In this document: piece after piece, positions 39,451-52,159 of the stretch
How positions within the stretch are numbered: position 1 is the stretch's first letter
Layout of the letters: every line of letters begins with the position of its first letter
Assembly: GCA_965655095.1 (NCBI GenBank)
Contig: OZ296650.1
Coordinates: 74,648,001-74,712,000 of the forward strand
Reading direction: 5' to 3'
Length of the DNA: 64,000 nt
From: Haplodiscus bocki
Taxonomy: Eukaryota
Position numbers and translations under genes: made by a program
Notes under the pieces: model-generated
The model's database searches: none
Told to the model about the DNA's origin: nothing
Seen by the model: only the letters and a program-made list of their open reading frames with translations

Positions 39451-39839
39451 GAAGACGAAAGTTTGGGAGAAAAACCAGGTTTATTGTGGATGTAAACGAG
39501 ACTTCCGGTCAGTTGATTCATTAGCAGGGGGTGCAATTAGGGCCTTCTGAGTAATGTTTTCATCATTTAGAGTATCACAGAAAATTGTGAAACAGAGAAG
39601 CTGGGCTTCTCAACACTTGCGTCAACGGAACGATCACTAGTGAACAAATGCATTAATTATAACTACTTTTTTTAAAGGCGCCACGGTACCACATTTACCA
39701 ATAATATTAAGCGGTCTGAAAGTCAGTTGTTTCTTCTACAGTTGTATAAAAGTGAAAAACGCTGCATTGATTCACTACCTTGATATTTGGAGAAGAAATG
39801 CTGTTTAAAGAGCGGCAATGGCACTCAGTAAAGCATTTG

Positions 39840-40230
39840 ATTGCAGCGCGGAATTACAGGCGTACAAGTCCGGGGCACTTCGGCCTCTGATTGTCAAAAA
39901 TCTAAGAAATTATGTCAGTTGAGAATGGATCAAAATTCAGAAGCCTGTGATGTAACAACTGCTTGCAGCAATGAAACTTTAAGGACCCTCGAGTTTTCTC
40001 AGGGCGCCTTCAAATGCGTTATTGTACTTGCCAAGCGAGCGAAGCGGTTGACCTCAATTGTTTTGTGGTCGGCGAGTGTTGCTCATTGTCAAGAGACTGC
40101 ACTTTAGTTATTGTTTTTGGAAATTTTCTCACGGAATCTCTCTTTGTTGCAAATAATTGTTTACGCGGACAATTTTGCACTGTGCCTACAAAACAGGCCA
40201 GCATTTGTAGGCAATGCCGTAGCAAATAAA
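39840..40230 (+). pseudogene. RING-finger-like relic
   Basis: LEFSQGAFKCVI... is followed by frameshifted CC, C and FCTVP/ALC segments with RING-like spacing. Confidence 0.3.
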
Positions 40231-40329
40231 CTACCGCGCGCCCGCTAAAATACCTCAATGGATCGTTTTGAAAAAGCTGTTTTGTGGAAATTTTTCCATT
40301 CTTCGCCATATGCATCGAAACTAAATTTT

Positions 40330-41330
40330 CCGTTTATTGTCGCTACAATCGTAACTTTCTTGCCAAAGACACTAAGCTCCACGTGGTCGAAAAACTTGGG
40401 AGCATAAACTTGGGAAACAGATTCTCAGATTTTACATTTAACGAAATCAGTTTCGGACGTTGAGTTGTCAGAACACACACGCAAAATTTGTTCTAAGTCA
40501 ATTTGTAGATCATGCGCTTGTGAGTGAAGTTCAATTAGGGGTCTTCCCGCAACTTTGTTTCAAATATTCCACAAAAGTCAACGAAGCCATTCTTCGGGCA
40601 CTTTTATAGAACTATCGATATCTCAATTAATATATGTTGAAATGTTTCTGTGACAAAGTTGAGTGGGGATATTTGGAGGCACTGAGTCGACATCTGAAGT
40701 TGGGTTTTTTCAGTGTCCTAAATATTTTGAACTAACCTAGTGTAACATTGTCAATTTTTTCTTTTTTTCACATTGTTCCAATTACTAAATGATAGTAATA
40801 CAGGGACTCGCACGGTTTTTGCGGGTCAGTGCCCAGATTATGTCAATCTTGTAGCGGTTTAATCTCTAATTTAAAACAGTTATTTCACAGGTGAACATTA
40901 GTTTGTAAGAACTTTGTCCAGACGTCTGATATTTCAAGAGTTGGCTGCAAGGCGGAGGTTACTGCAAGCGCAGCAATAAAGCCAAGCTAACAGTAGCCTC
41001 AGCAGTGCAATTACTTTGTTGACAGTAAATGTATTTAGATTTTCAAGGGCCGTTCCATCAAACCGCCTCAAAAATTTTCATGCTTGTTTTTTTCCCTTCT
41101 CTTCGTGAAAACGCTGAGGATTTAAATCAAATTCATCGGCTGAAAATCAAAACTTTCTACATCATATGAAATTAACCATATCGTTAACCAGTTTTATGGA
41201 CATCATTATCGGAGAATTTTATTCCAATGCACTACAAAAAAGTATGTGTTTTCTATGGATTTTTTGGTTGGAAAGTGAGCTACCGGTTTAATTACATTTC
41301 ACACTTCTTTCATTTTTCTTTAGTCTATTC
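40330..41330 (-). pseudogene. IS3EU-like DDE transposase relic (5' part duplicated at ~42414-42835)
   Basis: The - strand fragments are collinear with the family pattern: FSDNDVH (ISD.ELD), FLRRFDGTALEN (LRRVDP.G.E), DVWTKFL..NN (DG.SR.I..L...NN), QCL...F..E...I, FVEYL..SCGKTPN (F...WN.H....KTP.QL). Confidence 0.5.
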
Positions 41331-41485
41331 ACATCATTTTTTTGATAGACGTGAGTTCAAGATTCCGAAGGAATTGTTTCTTGCGTGAGGGGGGAAGATG
41401 GGATGTTACCGGGGTTTGTTCTAGGTTAGCTTTTCGGTTGAAGTGATATAAACCAAAATACCAATGTTCATGTTATCGCGGAGAA

Positions 41486-41970
41486 TTGATTTTGCTATCT
41501 CACCTGAGGGATACGCGTCGAGACGGGGCACTTAGAACTCACTATCAAGCCGTAGTTGCAGTGGTTGACACCGAAAGAAAGTTTGGCTTGGGCCAAAAAG
41601 CAAAGAAGTCAGAGGGGTCTGCTATCGGTGGACTAACAGTAAACGCGTTCACCAAGATGTTTATTTTATAGTAGCCCGAGGTTGCTATGCCTATGGACGT
41701 TTAGAGACTGTCCCATTTCGTGTGGATGCTGGATGGGGACACATGAGGGTATTCGAAGGCCCAGCTCCCGCTGGTGCAGGGATCGATGACCATTTCGTTG
41801 CGAGGAAAGTCCTGAGGCTTTCGGGCAATAAAGATGGCATGTTTATGATAAATGGCGACACCCGAGGCAACACGAGGTAGAATTTAAATGTTACCTGCCC
41901 CACAATCAAGTTCCGAAGCAAACTTGATGTGAAAGATTTTGACTAGACTTGGTTTGTTCGTTTGCTTAAC
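41486..41970 (+). pseudogene. RPS2: Highly diverged ribosomal protein uS5 (RPS2/S5 family)-like sequence, copy 1
   Basis: DGALRTHYQAVVAVVD....GLGQKAKK...SAIGG....A, then after one frameshift near 41665, IVARGC...G..ETVPFRV....G.MRV...PAPAGAGI....VARKVLRLSG..D......GDT. This is collinear with uS5 (GQRTRFKAFVAIGD..GHVGLGVK.SKEVATAIRGA...A....V.RG...HTVP.KV.G..GSV.VRLIPAPRGTGIV...VPKKLL..AG..D). Confidence 0.7.
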
Positions 41971-42990
41971 TCCTGCTGACTGGTTAACTTTCTGAAGTTG
42001 TTTCAACGATACTACCATACGAAAATTTTTTTGATGATTGGGTAAGATGAGAGGAAACTGAAAAATGGTTCGAGTTGTTTCTTTAATACATTTAGGACAA
42101 TCATGGTGTCAAAAAAAAGTGAGGATGGAGAATAAACTCAAGAGGAAATTGTCTGCTTTTATTGGGTTGGAAACCCTTACAAAAGGTTTCTCAATCTCAA
42201 GGTTAACTTTGATAAACGGATGCAGAAAATCAGAATCAATACAAAAAATTCGGTAATTTTTTAGGCCGCTGGAAAAAATTTCCTCAATTCCTTTGAAACT
42301 CATTCAAAACGAGTTTTTTTTGCAGAGTCTTTCAGCCCATTTTCAACGACAAAATAATTAGGCGTGAGATCAAGATTTATCTGATGTGCTTTTGAACTAA
42401 TTTTTTTCCTACTGAACTTTGTCCAGACGTCTGATATTTCAAGAGTTGGCTGCAAGGCGGAGGTTACTGCAAGCGCAGCAATAAAGCCAAGCTAACAGTA
42501 GCCTCAGCAGTGCAATTACTTTGTTGACAGTAAATGTATTTAGATTTTCAAGGGCCGTTCCATCAAACCGCCTCAAAAATTTTCATGCTTGTTTTTTTCC
42601 CTTCTCTTCGTGAAAACGCTGAGGATTTAAATCAAATTCATCGGCTGAAAATCAAAACTTTCTACATCATATGAAATTAACCATATCGTTAACCAGTTTT
42701 ATGGACATCATTATCGGAGAATTTTATTCCAATGCACTACAAAAAAGTATGTGTTTTCTATGGATTTTTTGGTTGGAAAGTGAGCTACCGGTTTAATTAC
42801 ATTTCACACTTCTTTCATTTTTCTTTAGTCTATTCACATCATTTTTTTGATAGACGTGAGTTCAAGATTCCGAAGGAATTGTTTCTTGCGTGAGGGGGGA
42901 AGATGGGATGTTACCGGGGTTTGTTCTAGGTTAGCTTTTCGGTTGAAGTGATATAAACCAAAATACCAATGTTCATGTTATCGCGGAGAA

Positions 42991-43475
42991 TTGATTTTGC
43001 TATCTCACCTGAGGGATACGCGTCGAGACGGGGCACTTAGAACTCACTATCAAGCCGTAGTTGCAGTGGTTGACACCGAAAGAAAGTTTGGCTTGGGCCA
43101 AAAAGCAAAGAAGTCAGAGGGGTCTGCTATCGGTGGACTAACAGTAAACGCGTTCACCAAGATGTTTATTTTATAGTAGCCCGAGGTTGCTATGCCTATG
43201 GACGTTTAGAGACTGTCCCATTTCGTGTGGATGCTGGATGGGGACACATGAGGCTATTCGAAGGCCCAGCTCCCGCTGGTGCAGGGATCGATGACCATTT
43301 CGTTGCGAGGAAAGTCCTGAGGCTTTCGGGCAATAAAGATGGCATGTTTATGATAAATGGCGACACCCGAGGCAACACGAGGTAGAATTTAAATGTTACC
43401 TGCCCCACAATCAAGTTCCGAAGCAAACTTGATGTGAAAGATTTTGACTAGACTTGGTTTGTTCGTTTGCTTAAC
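42991..43475 (+). pseudogene. RPS2: Highly diverged uS5/RPS2-like sequence, copy 2
   Basis: Duplicate of 41486-41970. Confidence 0.7.
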
Positions 43476-44089
43476 TCCTGCTGACTGGTTAACTTTCTGA
43501 AGTTGTTTCAACGATACTACCATACGAAAATTTTTTTGATGATTGGGTAAGATGAGAGGAAACTGAAAAATGGTTCGAGTTGTTTCTTTAATACATTTAG
43601 GACAATCATGGTGTCAAAAAAAAGTGAGGATGGAGAATAAACTCAAGAGGAAATTGTCTGCTTTTATTGGGTTGGAAACCCTTACAAAAGGTTTCTCAAT
43701 CTCAAGGTTAACTTTGATAAACGGATGCAGAAAATCAGAATCAATACAAAAAATTCGGTAATTTTTTAGGCCGCTGGAAAAAATTTCCTCAATTCCTTTG
43801 AAACTCATTCAAAACGAGTTTTTTTTTGCAGAGTCTTTCAGCCCATTTTCAACGACAAAATAATTAGGCGTGAGATCAAGATTTATCTGATGTGCTTTTG
43901 AACTAATTTTTTTCCTACTGAACTTTTTGCGATGCGTTTCTCTGAAAAAAAAGTTGACGGGTTTATCTCCCAGGTCAAGTTGATGGTGTTTCCGGAACCG
44001 CCCAGCGACTAATATTGTCATCTTCAGGGCTCCTATTTCGGCTCTGACTCGATTGGTGTTGTGTATTGCTGGAAGCGTTTTTGGAAATA

Positions 44090-44830
44090 CTTTCCACAAG
44101 CGTCCGCGAGAGGCTTTCTCTGGATGCCATTTCGCGAAGTCGCGAAGTCTTTTTCCGTGCGTTCTTTCGTTTCGCCGGGGCTTTTTCCGTGCGCTAGTCC
44201 GCAGCGACTTTAGCCGTGCGCTATCTCGCAATGTTTTTTCCCGTGAGCTCTTCTTCCGCGTTAGACTTTCCCGAGCGTCCTTTCGCGGTGCATTTTCCTT
44301 ACACTCTTTCGCCGACTCTTTCTGGTTGCGATGTTCCGCAGGGGCTTTTGCAGTGCGCAATTTCGCAATTGTTTTGTCCGTGCGCGTATTCGCAGGAGCT
44401 GTTTCTGTGCATTTTGTCGCTCGGATTTTTCCGTGTGCTCTTCCACAAGGAATTCTCCGTGCGCTCTTTAACTGGACTTTTTCCAAGCGAATTTTTGCAA
44501 GAACTTCTTGCGTGCATTCGTTTGCAGGGGTCTTTTCCTTGTGCTCTTCCGCAACAGATTTTCCCGTCCGCTGTTCGACAGGAGCTTTTTCGGTGCGCTC
44601 TTTCTAAAGGTTTTTTCACCTGCCTTTCTCACCGGAGTTGTCCCATGCACTCTTTTGCAGGGATTTCTTGCGCGCGCTCTTTGACAAGGGAATTTTGCAT
44701 GCGCTCCTCTGGAAGTGCTTTTTCCATGTGTTCTTTCTCAGGGTCTTTTCGCTGCGCTCTTTCGCAAAAGGTTTTTCTGTGCGCTCTTTCCCAGGCGTAT
44801 TTTCCGCGCGTAATTTTGCAGAGGCGTTTT
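44090..44830. repeat. Degenerate GC-richer minisatellite (~24-bp unit, GTGCGCTCTTTCGCAGGGGnTTTTCC-like)
   Basis: Recurrent GTGCGCTCT/TTCGCAGG/TTTTCC motifs explain the cluster of overlapping stop-poor ORFs. Confidence 0.75.
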
Positions 44831-45374
44831 TGTACCCACTTCTAGGGTGTGGGTGCTGTCTACGTGAAAGCAAACACCTCAAGACTTTTTTCACTGTTCT
44901 GGGCGAGTGTTTTCATACGATTAAAATCTTTCGGTATCACTTAAAAATATCACAACTCCTTTTCTCTTGGGCAAGTAAAGGTTGAAAATCGAAAACCATC
45001 TGGGCTCTGAAAACTCAACTTAGGAAGTGTAAATGATTTTCACATCTTCGCATGTCAAATCACAGCCTGGGAATTAATTTTCCACGACTTCGTCGTGAAT
45101 TGAAGGGTTTCTTTGTTTAGATCTTGAATATGATGTCGTGTTCTCATTGAAGTCAAAGACTTCCTCAAGTTCACATTCCGAGTAAACACGTTGATGCATG
45201 CGGGGTAAAAACCTCGTCCGAGACTTTCATCTCAACTCGATGGCCGCTTCATTCATGGTCAGCGTCATACTTGTAAATCGATGGAACATTGCCACCAGGT
45301 TAAACTGTGAAGTTTGCCATGAGAGGAGACCATGTTGGACTAGCTTCTACGGTCTCCTGTTGCTCTTCTTCTCC

Positions 45375-48280
45375 TCAGTTGTCGTCTACCGGTATCTCTC
45401 TATGCACATGCCAGTCTCTTGTTTCGTTGTGGCCGGAAGGAACACAATGTCCGCTATCATCGTTTTGTAAGAAACGCGTATCATCGAAAGCACTTGAAGA
45501 TATTTTGTTGTTTCGAATCGTTTGCAGGAAATTTTTTATGGAGCCAATTCTCATTCTGTTTGAAGTCATGTGATGACCACTTTGTAGAACACGTTTGTAG
45601 ACAACACACTTCAGTGAATTTTGAGCAATTCGAGGAACGCATTCTGCTGAAAACTTTTGTTCCTTCTCATAAACTTCCGATTACATCCCGGGTTTGAGAC
45701 CACTGAGTCCTCGGTTGATTTTCCTTGCCATCTCCTCATCGAATTTGAATGTGATTATCTTGTTCGCGTCACAATGAAACGGTTTGTTGCTCGGATAGTT
45801 TGAAAAGTCAAAATGGTTGCGTAGCATGGGATCGTTAGTTGTTTTGTCATAAAAGTCCTGTCCTCTGATCTCATGTAATAGCGTGTCAGTGATGGAATAC
45901 AACAGTAGGCAGTCGAAGGGTTTCTTCACAACTTGAGATCAAAAAAGTTTTCATTTTATGGAATGAGACAGTTTCGAAAAAACCCTACCGTCGTCTTCCG
46001 AACGTTTTATCGTTGACTCTAGAACACTTCGCTTGGACTTCCCATGATTTGTTGATCGAAACTATTTCGGAGGAAAATACGCCGGTTCCTTTGTTTTAGT
46101 TTTAGGGGTAAAGTTACAAGTTTTGACGCTTTATGCTTTCCTGGAAATGGAGTTCTTACAGATGGAGCTTGGCAAGATTTCTATGCAAGCGCGCATGAGA
46201 GTTGGCGTCTCCCAATACCTTCGTCGACTGCGACTCGTCTTTGCTACCAAATTTTTGTCGATGACGTTGATTGTTTTCAACAAACATCTGTCAGAGCTTT
46301 CAAGGATGGCTTTTGTTGTCTTAAGTAGTTTCACGTTGACCTTGTTGTGTTTGGATTCAGGAGTTTTGCCGTAACAAGGTTTGTTCAACATCTTATAAAA
46401 CGACTCTTCCAACATGGTCTCTGACTGTTTCCGCATTCTGGTGTTCAAGCTGAAGTAGGAGTCCAACAACTTTTCTTCAATGAACTGAAGGCATCGATGT
46501 ACATGTGTAACTTTGCGACCGCGATTCGATTAAAACTTTAGGGTAAAGTTAAGAACGGTGTAATTTTTCGTCGCCAATATCGGCTGTAGAAGCTTTGGCT
46601 TCTCAACACGTCTTCTGCTTGCTTGACCGGATAGACGCATCTGATACTCGAACAACATGTTGCGAGGAAATTTTTCCCTTGTTGGAGCCACTGAAAGTCT
46701 CTCTGCATATTGTCGAGGGCATCACATTGAATTTTTATACGAAACCAATGTCCGAGTTGTTTGCAGTTTCAAGAATGGAGCTAAGTTCAAAATCCGCAAT
46801 CTAAAAATAGCTCAAATGAAAACGATCTGAACTAAAATTTTGAAGTCAAGTTCCGGAAGATTGTGCTCGATAACAACCAAGCATAATCCACAAGTTTCAT
46901 GTATTTTTATAATCTGGACTGAGTTTCTATCAGAAGTGTCAGATCATGTCGTTAACGGTGTGATGAGTGACTGAATATCGAATTGCAAAACATAAGTTGC
47001 GAACCATCTCGACTGGTACTTTTGGAACTCGAACTTTTTTTTCGTCTCGTAATTTTTTGGTAGCCTACTTCGTTTTGCATGCAAGTCTCAAGATGTCTTT
47101 CGTAACTTTGAGCTATGTTGCAAAAATGAAAAGAGTAACGACAATTTTTGATAAAGGATCGTGGAACCTGTTGTTTCAAATTACCGACTGAATTTTTCAG
47201 TTCTTCAATCAAAACAACGGTGAGCTTGGCCATCGCTAGGAAGAAAAAGAAGTTCTGAAATGGAAACAAGAAAATCTTCGCTTTTGTATTCACTATGCAT
47301 TGAGATCTTTTTTTTTGGTAACGGATGCATTGACTTCAACTTTTTCAGGTTTTCAAACCTTGGAATTTGGTTGAAAGCCATCGGCATTTTGACACTGGTT
47401 GATTTGTCAATGGATAAAAGGGATTAAATGTTTTTGCGTTTGTTCTTTTTCGGCAACCGATATCTTTATACAGATTCTGAGCATAAGCCAAATGCCACAA
47501 TACCACGTAACAAAAGAAGGAGCAAATGTTATCATCCAAGTTCCTTACGTTCAACAGGCAATTCATATTTTGAAGGTCACTTGGCAACGCAAGGTAGGAT
47601 GAACTTCGACTAAGGATGTAGAAAACTAGTTGGGATGTAGGAAGTAGAGACCATTTTTCTCTTTGAGCATCCACACACTTCCGCGGAAAGTGAAACTGAA
47701 CACACGCGATAACATTTGATCCAATACAGTGAAAAAACTTCCTCTGTGAGTCTCACATCCAGGTAGACTAATTTCATTTTGGGATTAACGTGAATTGTGA
47801 GATCAGTTGAGTCCTGATTTTCTAAGGTTGGCTTTTCCGAAATAATTTTTGCTGATACCTGCACTTATTTCAATTTCACTTGAACAACTTCCTCTTTAGA
47901 TCACCGTTTGCTTGTAAGAGCTCCGTCAGCACCACCAAAAGCAGATGCTCAAGGTAGTTTGCGTTCCGAGTTTTGAGTTTTTCCAAATGGTAGCCACGAA
48001 TGAACTTCTTGTATGTGCTATTTGAAAATCTTTGTATCAGAGAAGAGACTTTTGCAATAAATGCACAGCTTCTCTTTCCCTTTACTTTGTTTTTCCTCAA
48101 CAAGTTTTTTGCATTACTGCCAGAAAGTAGTTTTTGAAATCACATTCCAGACAATTTTTATGCTCCGGCGTCGACGTTTCAGTGTTTTGAATATTGCTGA
48201 GATGCCGATATAATTTCTGCTTGTTAGCAAATGTTTTGCTGCAAAAATCACAGTTTTTTTCCGCTGCTGAGCCACTTAAC
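45375..48280 (-). pseudogene. polB: Protein-primed DNA polymerase B with N-terminal C2H2 zinc fingers, degenerate
   Basis: CDFCSKTFANKQKLYRHL (C2H2, ~48250), SSSYLALPSDL..NCLLNVRN.DD (47345-47674), FYKMLNKPCYGKT (KL..NS.YGK), LLYSITDTL (Y.DTDS), FDFSNYP, NKISSSAFDDTR....GH (C-terminus). Confidence 0.9.
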
Positions 48281-49619
48281 TGAATTTGAAAACTTGAGAA
48301 AGAATTACTTTTTCCTTTTCTATTTATGGTCGTCTGTTTTGTTGACTAACGCTGCAGGCTGAAAAAAGGTCATCTTATCATATGCGTTACCATTGACAAA
48401 ATTCTGAGTGTTTATGATAGTGTCTTTAGTTTTTACTAAGAAACAAACAGCTCTCGTTCTTTCGTCTGTTTAAAAAAGAAATTTTGCTGCTGGCTTTTGT
48501 TCTCTGATCACCATTTTTACAACTCTTGAAATGAACTATGACTAGCTTCATAGGCCCGATTTCTTTGATGTTTGTTCATTCTGATTTTACTGCTACCCGC
48601 TGAGGGTAAGTTTTTCCATGGTGCTGGAATTTTTTTGTCTTAGGGGGAAACCTACAATAATTGTTTTCATAGTAAAATTCCTCATTTTGGATTTTTTATA
48701 CGCTGAGGTTTTCATGAAGATATAGACAAATTTTCACTGAATGTCGGAAATTGTAGAAAACAATCTTGAATGTGGTTATCAAAAAAATACAATTTATAGA
48801 TCGGAAAAATCTAGTGTTTTCACTTCTCGTGAAAAGGTTGGACGGTTTTCCGATTCCTTCTTTTCCTGGCGGCTGAAGACATCCAGGAGAGTAGCAAGGC
48901 GTTGACTTCACAAGCAGAAAAAAATTGTTACCGTCCTCATTACTATCTTGATCGAACGGCGTGTTGAAAATGGAGATGGCGTTTTTACTTCCTTCAGTTG
49001 TGGAGACTGAGGGTCGCTAACTGTCTCCGAACACCACTCTAACGTTTCTAGGTTGGACAAATAACCAGACTGGTTCTCGCATAGGGTTATGTCTTCACAA
49101 ACAAAACGGAAAGTTAGAGGTTTTTACGTCGAGCATTTCATGTCTGGTTTTGTTTCATCAGATTGTTTCATTGAACGTCTTACGTTTCCTAGAGAACAAT
49201 ATCATTCTCGCATTGGCCTAACTGCTCAGAAAATAAAAAATGAATCCACCATTCTATTCCTTTTCTGGAAAAGTTTTCAGAGATAGCTACATCGACACTT
49301 CTAGAAATTCACGGCTCCTAATTTGAATTACAGCTAAATTTTTTCTTAAAACTGGACTTTTTGTTCCCAGAACATTCCAAAAAAGGAAATGATGTTGTGT
49401 CTCATATGGAGCAACGACTTAAACTCGCTGCTTCCGAATTTGATCAGCTGGTTAAAACTAAAGGTATTTTTGGACTGCAACCAACGCCTGAAGCAGAGGA
49501 TGTAATGACAACTTTCAATCGAAAGAAGCCATGTAACAAACATTTTTCTGAAATCTGCAGATTGTGTGTTTGTGACAGTAACTCTATACATTTTTTATTG
49601 TTGCCTTTACTTGCTTTCG

Positions 49620-50230
49620 AACAAGAATATCATTTCATCAATTCATGTTTTCATGCCAAGAACACTCTCTCTTCGAATATGTAAGTTCGTTTTGTGAAAT
49701 TTACCAATTGTGACCTAAATTTTTCAGTATCCAAAAGTGGTTGAGGCTATATACGAACAAGCGCATATTTGTTTCACGATTTTTCGGAAAAACTTCCTGC
49801 AACATCTTTGTTTCGAACAATCACGTGTGGGGCAAGATTTTGAAAACATCATATGTTATAACTTTCTGAAGGAATCAAATACGGTGACATTGAGCAAAAG
49901 TATTGTCATCTTCTCTTGGAATCAAGCTTCAAAATTCAAGAACGAGGAAATGGGTACGCTGTGCAAGTGTTTTTTTTCAATTTTTTCGTCTATGATACAC
50001 AGTACGTGGTATTTAGAGTTGAACTGTGAAACGTTTGAAAAACCTACCGGAGAATTGACATAAAAATTGAATCTCGGCAACAGGAATCCGTTTTGCAAAA
50101 GCACGAAACGAAAATGCAAATGAGTCCAAGTAGTGAGAAACAAAAATGAAAGATCAGCGCAAACCAGCGCCTTTCCTCCAGTTTCTCTCAGTAGACTGCA
50201 CTGATACTTGTCGGTCAATATGCAGCTTTT
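49620..50230 (-). pseudogene. Polinton packaging ATPase relic
   Basis: LLQNGFLLPRF...IEKKHLHSV and downstream LLL..VFDS (LLIFDDS, Walker B-like). Located next to the protease. Confidence 0.5.
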
Positions 50231-50377
50231 CTTAGACTTTAGTTGATGTTTTTATCTCTAGCTTTGGTAATAAAAACATTTCATTTCTAGCTTTTTATTT
50301 TGATTCATCGTCTTTTGAAGAAAGCAAGGTTTTGAAGTTCTGTATATTTCAACGTACGCGAAGATAAGTATAAAGCT

Positions 50378-50811
50378 TCAACAATTTTTACAAAACTGTT
50401 TTACAATTTCGAATAAGCGTTCATCATGCTTTAGCGGTAATACAGTGTGGTAACTACTGAAATTATAATAAGCAATGTTTAAACAATAAAGTCCATTCTG
50501 TTTCGATATAGGCTGTTGACAAGGTTTTCGAGTTAGTTCTTCACAACAGAAATCAGCATAGATTGGGCGGTTATTAACTGTTCTGTAAGCATCCACACTG
50601 AAACCTATTGGGTCACCAAAAAGATACACTCTGTCTTTGTTACAGAGTATGAGCCAAGGTTTCTGTTCTTCATCAGATTTCCGGAGTTCACAAAAACGAA
50701 AGTGTTTTCGTTGAAAAATAAAGGAAATTTATCTGCAGTGAAGACCCTTACGAATCTATGTCTCAGGTCCTCACACTTCGTAAGCTATAATAAAAATTCA
50801 GTATTGTCCAT
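50378..50811 (-). pseudogene. Polinton adenain-like cysteine protease relic
   Basis: MDNTEFL..LTKC.DLRHRF.RVFTADKFP, (H>P)WLILCNKDRVYLFGDP.G, Q..S..NGLYCLNIA. Confidence 0.8.
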
Positions 50812-50829
50812 CAACGATTGGTTTCCAGC

Positions 50830-52130
50830 TTTGTGTTTTGGAAGATTTTCTTGGAAACATTCCGAGAAGAATCAATGTAAATAGTAGATTGTTCACATAA
50901 TAAAAACACTTCCTAACTGTTTGTTAGTTGTGCTGAAAATCTTGAACCAATGGAAATGGATCCCTTTGACAGTTTTTTGTGAAAACATTGAGGGGATGCT
51001 TGTTTTTTTCTGGTTACGTTGAACACTAAAATATAGTGATTAGGAAAGTCGTTATAAGAGACTCCATGACCATTTTGTTCGAAAGCTAGAGCTTCCAGCG
51101 AAAGTAGATTTTCTTATCATTCTCCGTTGGAAGTGGAGTTCCGGCAACAGGATAACGAATATGATAAATTGTAATGCTGTTCAGACGGACTTTCTGGAAC
51201 TACAAATGATATGCGCTCTCGGTTCCGAGAAAGGCCTCGTTTGTTGTCATAGCTATTGGAGAACTAGCAACGGCCTCCCTGAAGAATGCATCCGTGTGAC
51301 TCCAACTCTGCCCCTCTGGCTGAATGAGTATTATTTTTGGCATGATCTCAGTATAACGGTAAAGAGCAGAGGTTTAGGTTGTTGAGGTTTCAAAAGCTCA
51401 GTAAACGTTTTCACTTACTGTCATTTTTCCAACGTAAAAAGCGGCTTGCAAAATTTTGATTTTATAGTTTTTTGTTTCATCATCGTGAACCAATGCGTTT
51501 TTAGTTGGGGTTCAAAGAAACCAAACACTCCGTGTAACTCCAATTATGAGGTGTTTATCACGAAGAAAAGCCCATGCAACATTTTCAATGAAAGAGATTT
51601 CTCCGACCTGCTGTGTTTCAGCTGTCGTTGCAGTGAAAACTGTTTTTAGTAAAACCATCAGTTTGCTCTTCATTAGATTATCCCTGACATTTCAACCAAG
51701 TTTCTCTTGCCTTCATGTTGTATCAAAATTCTGTTTCAATGGAAGCTTTTTGAGCGTAATTGCCACTAGCAGAAAAAATTTTGATGCCCTCTGCAGTAAT
51801 ATTACACTTAGAGAAAACAAAATGTTGGGTGTTATTGGGAAAGAATGGTGAATCAGCTGCCGCAGCATCAGCTGCGTCGTATTCCACTTTGTCACCATTA
51901 GGTCTGGGAATCCTACATTCCACCTCGAGATAGTTGTTTTTGCGAAAATTATCATTGGTTTGATCTAGAACTACTTCAAACTCCAGTGTGGGGCCATTTG
52001 GAGCAAACACTGCACCAATTTTCTGCTCGAATGATGTATTGAAGGTAATCAGAAGAGGCAGACGCTCCAAAATATCCAATGATTTGTGTGATGCTTCAAC
52101 ATAGAAATGTAAGGTAACAGTTTTCAGTCG
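50830..52130 (-). pseudogene. Polinton major capsid protein relic
   Basis: SLDILERLPLLITFNTSFEQKIGAVFAPNGPTLEFEVV...YLEVECRI....GD...PFFPNN..H..FS is the typical Polinton MCP N-terminus. Confidence 0.85.
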
Positions 52131-52159
52131 CGAAAAAAAATTGACCGACTACTCCGGAG

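Larger units (their letters stand above)
40909..43926 (+). repeat. Near-perfect 1505-bp tandem duplication with GAACTTT junction microhomology
   Basis: Copy 1 is 40909-42413 and copy 2 is 42414-43919. GAACTTT occurs at 40909, 42414 and 43920. ORF pairs are offset by exactly 1505. Only one substitution and one T-run indel were noticed. Confidence 0.97.

Noticed and set aside
41639-41674. Short GT-AG intron repairing the uS5-like frameshift
   Set aside because: Removing 33 nt gives an immediate stop, removing 36 nt keeps the wrong frame, and both delete aligned residues.
43809-44985. Cluster of long overlapping ORFs (up to 225 aa)
   Set aside because: Open on both strands in several frames because of the stop-poor minisatellite, and the translations are low-complexity.
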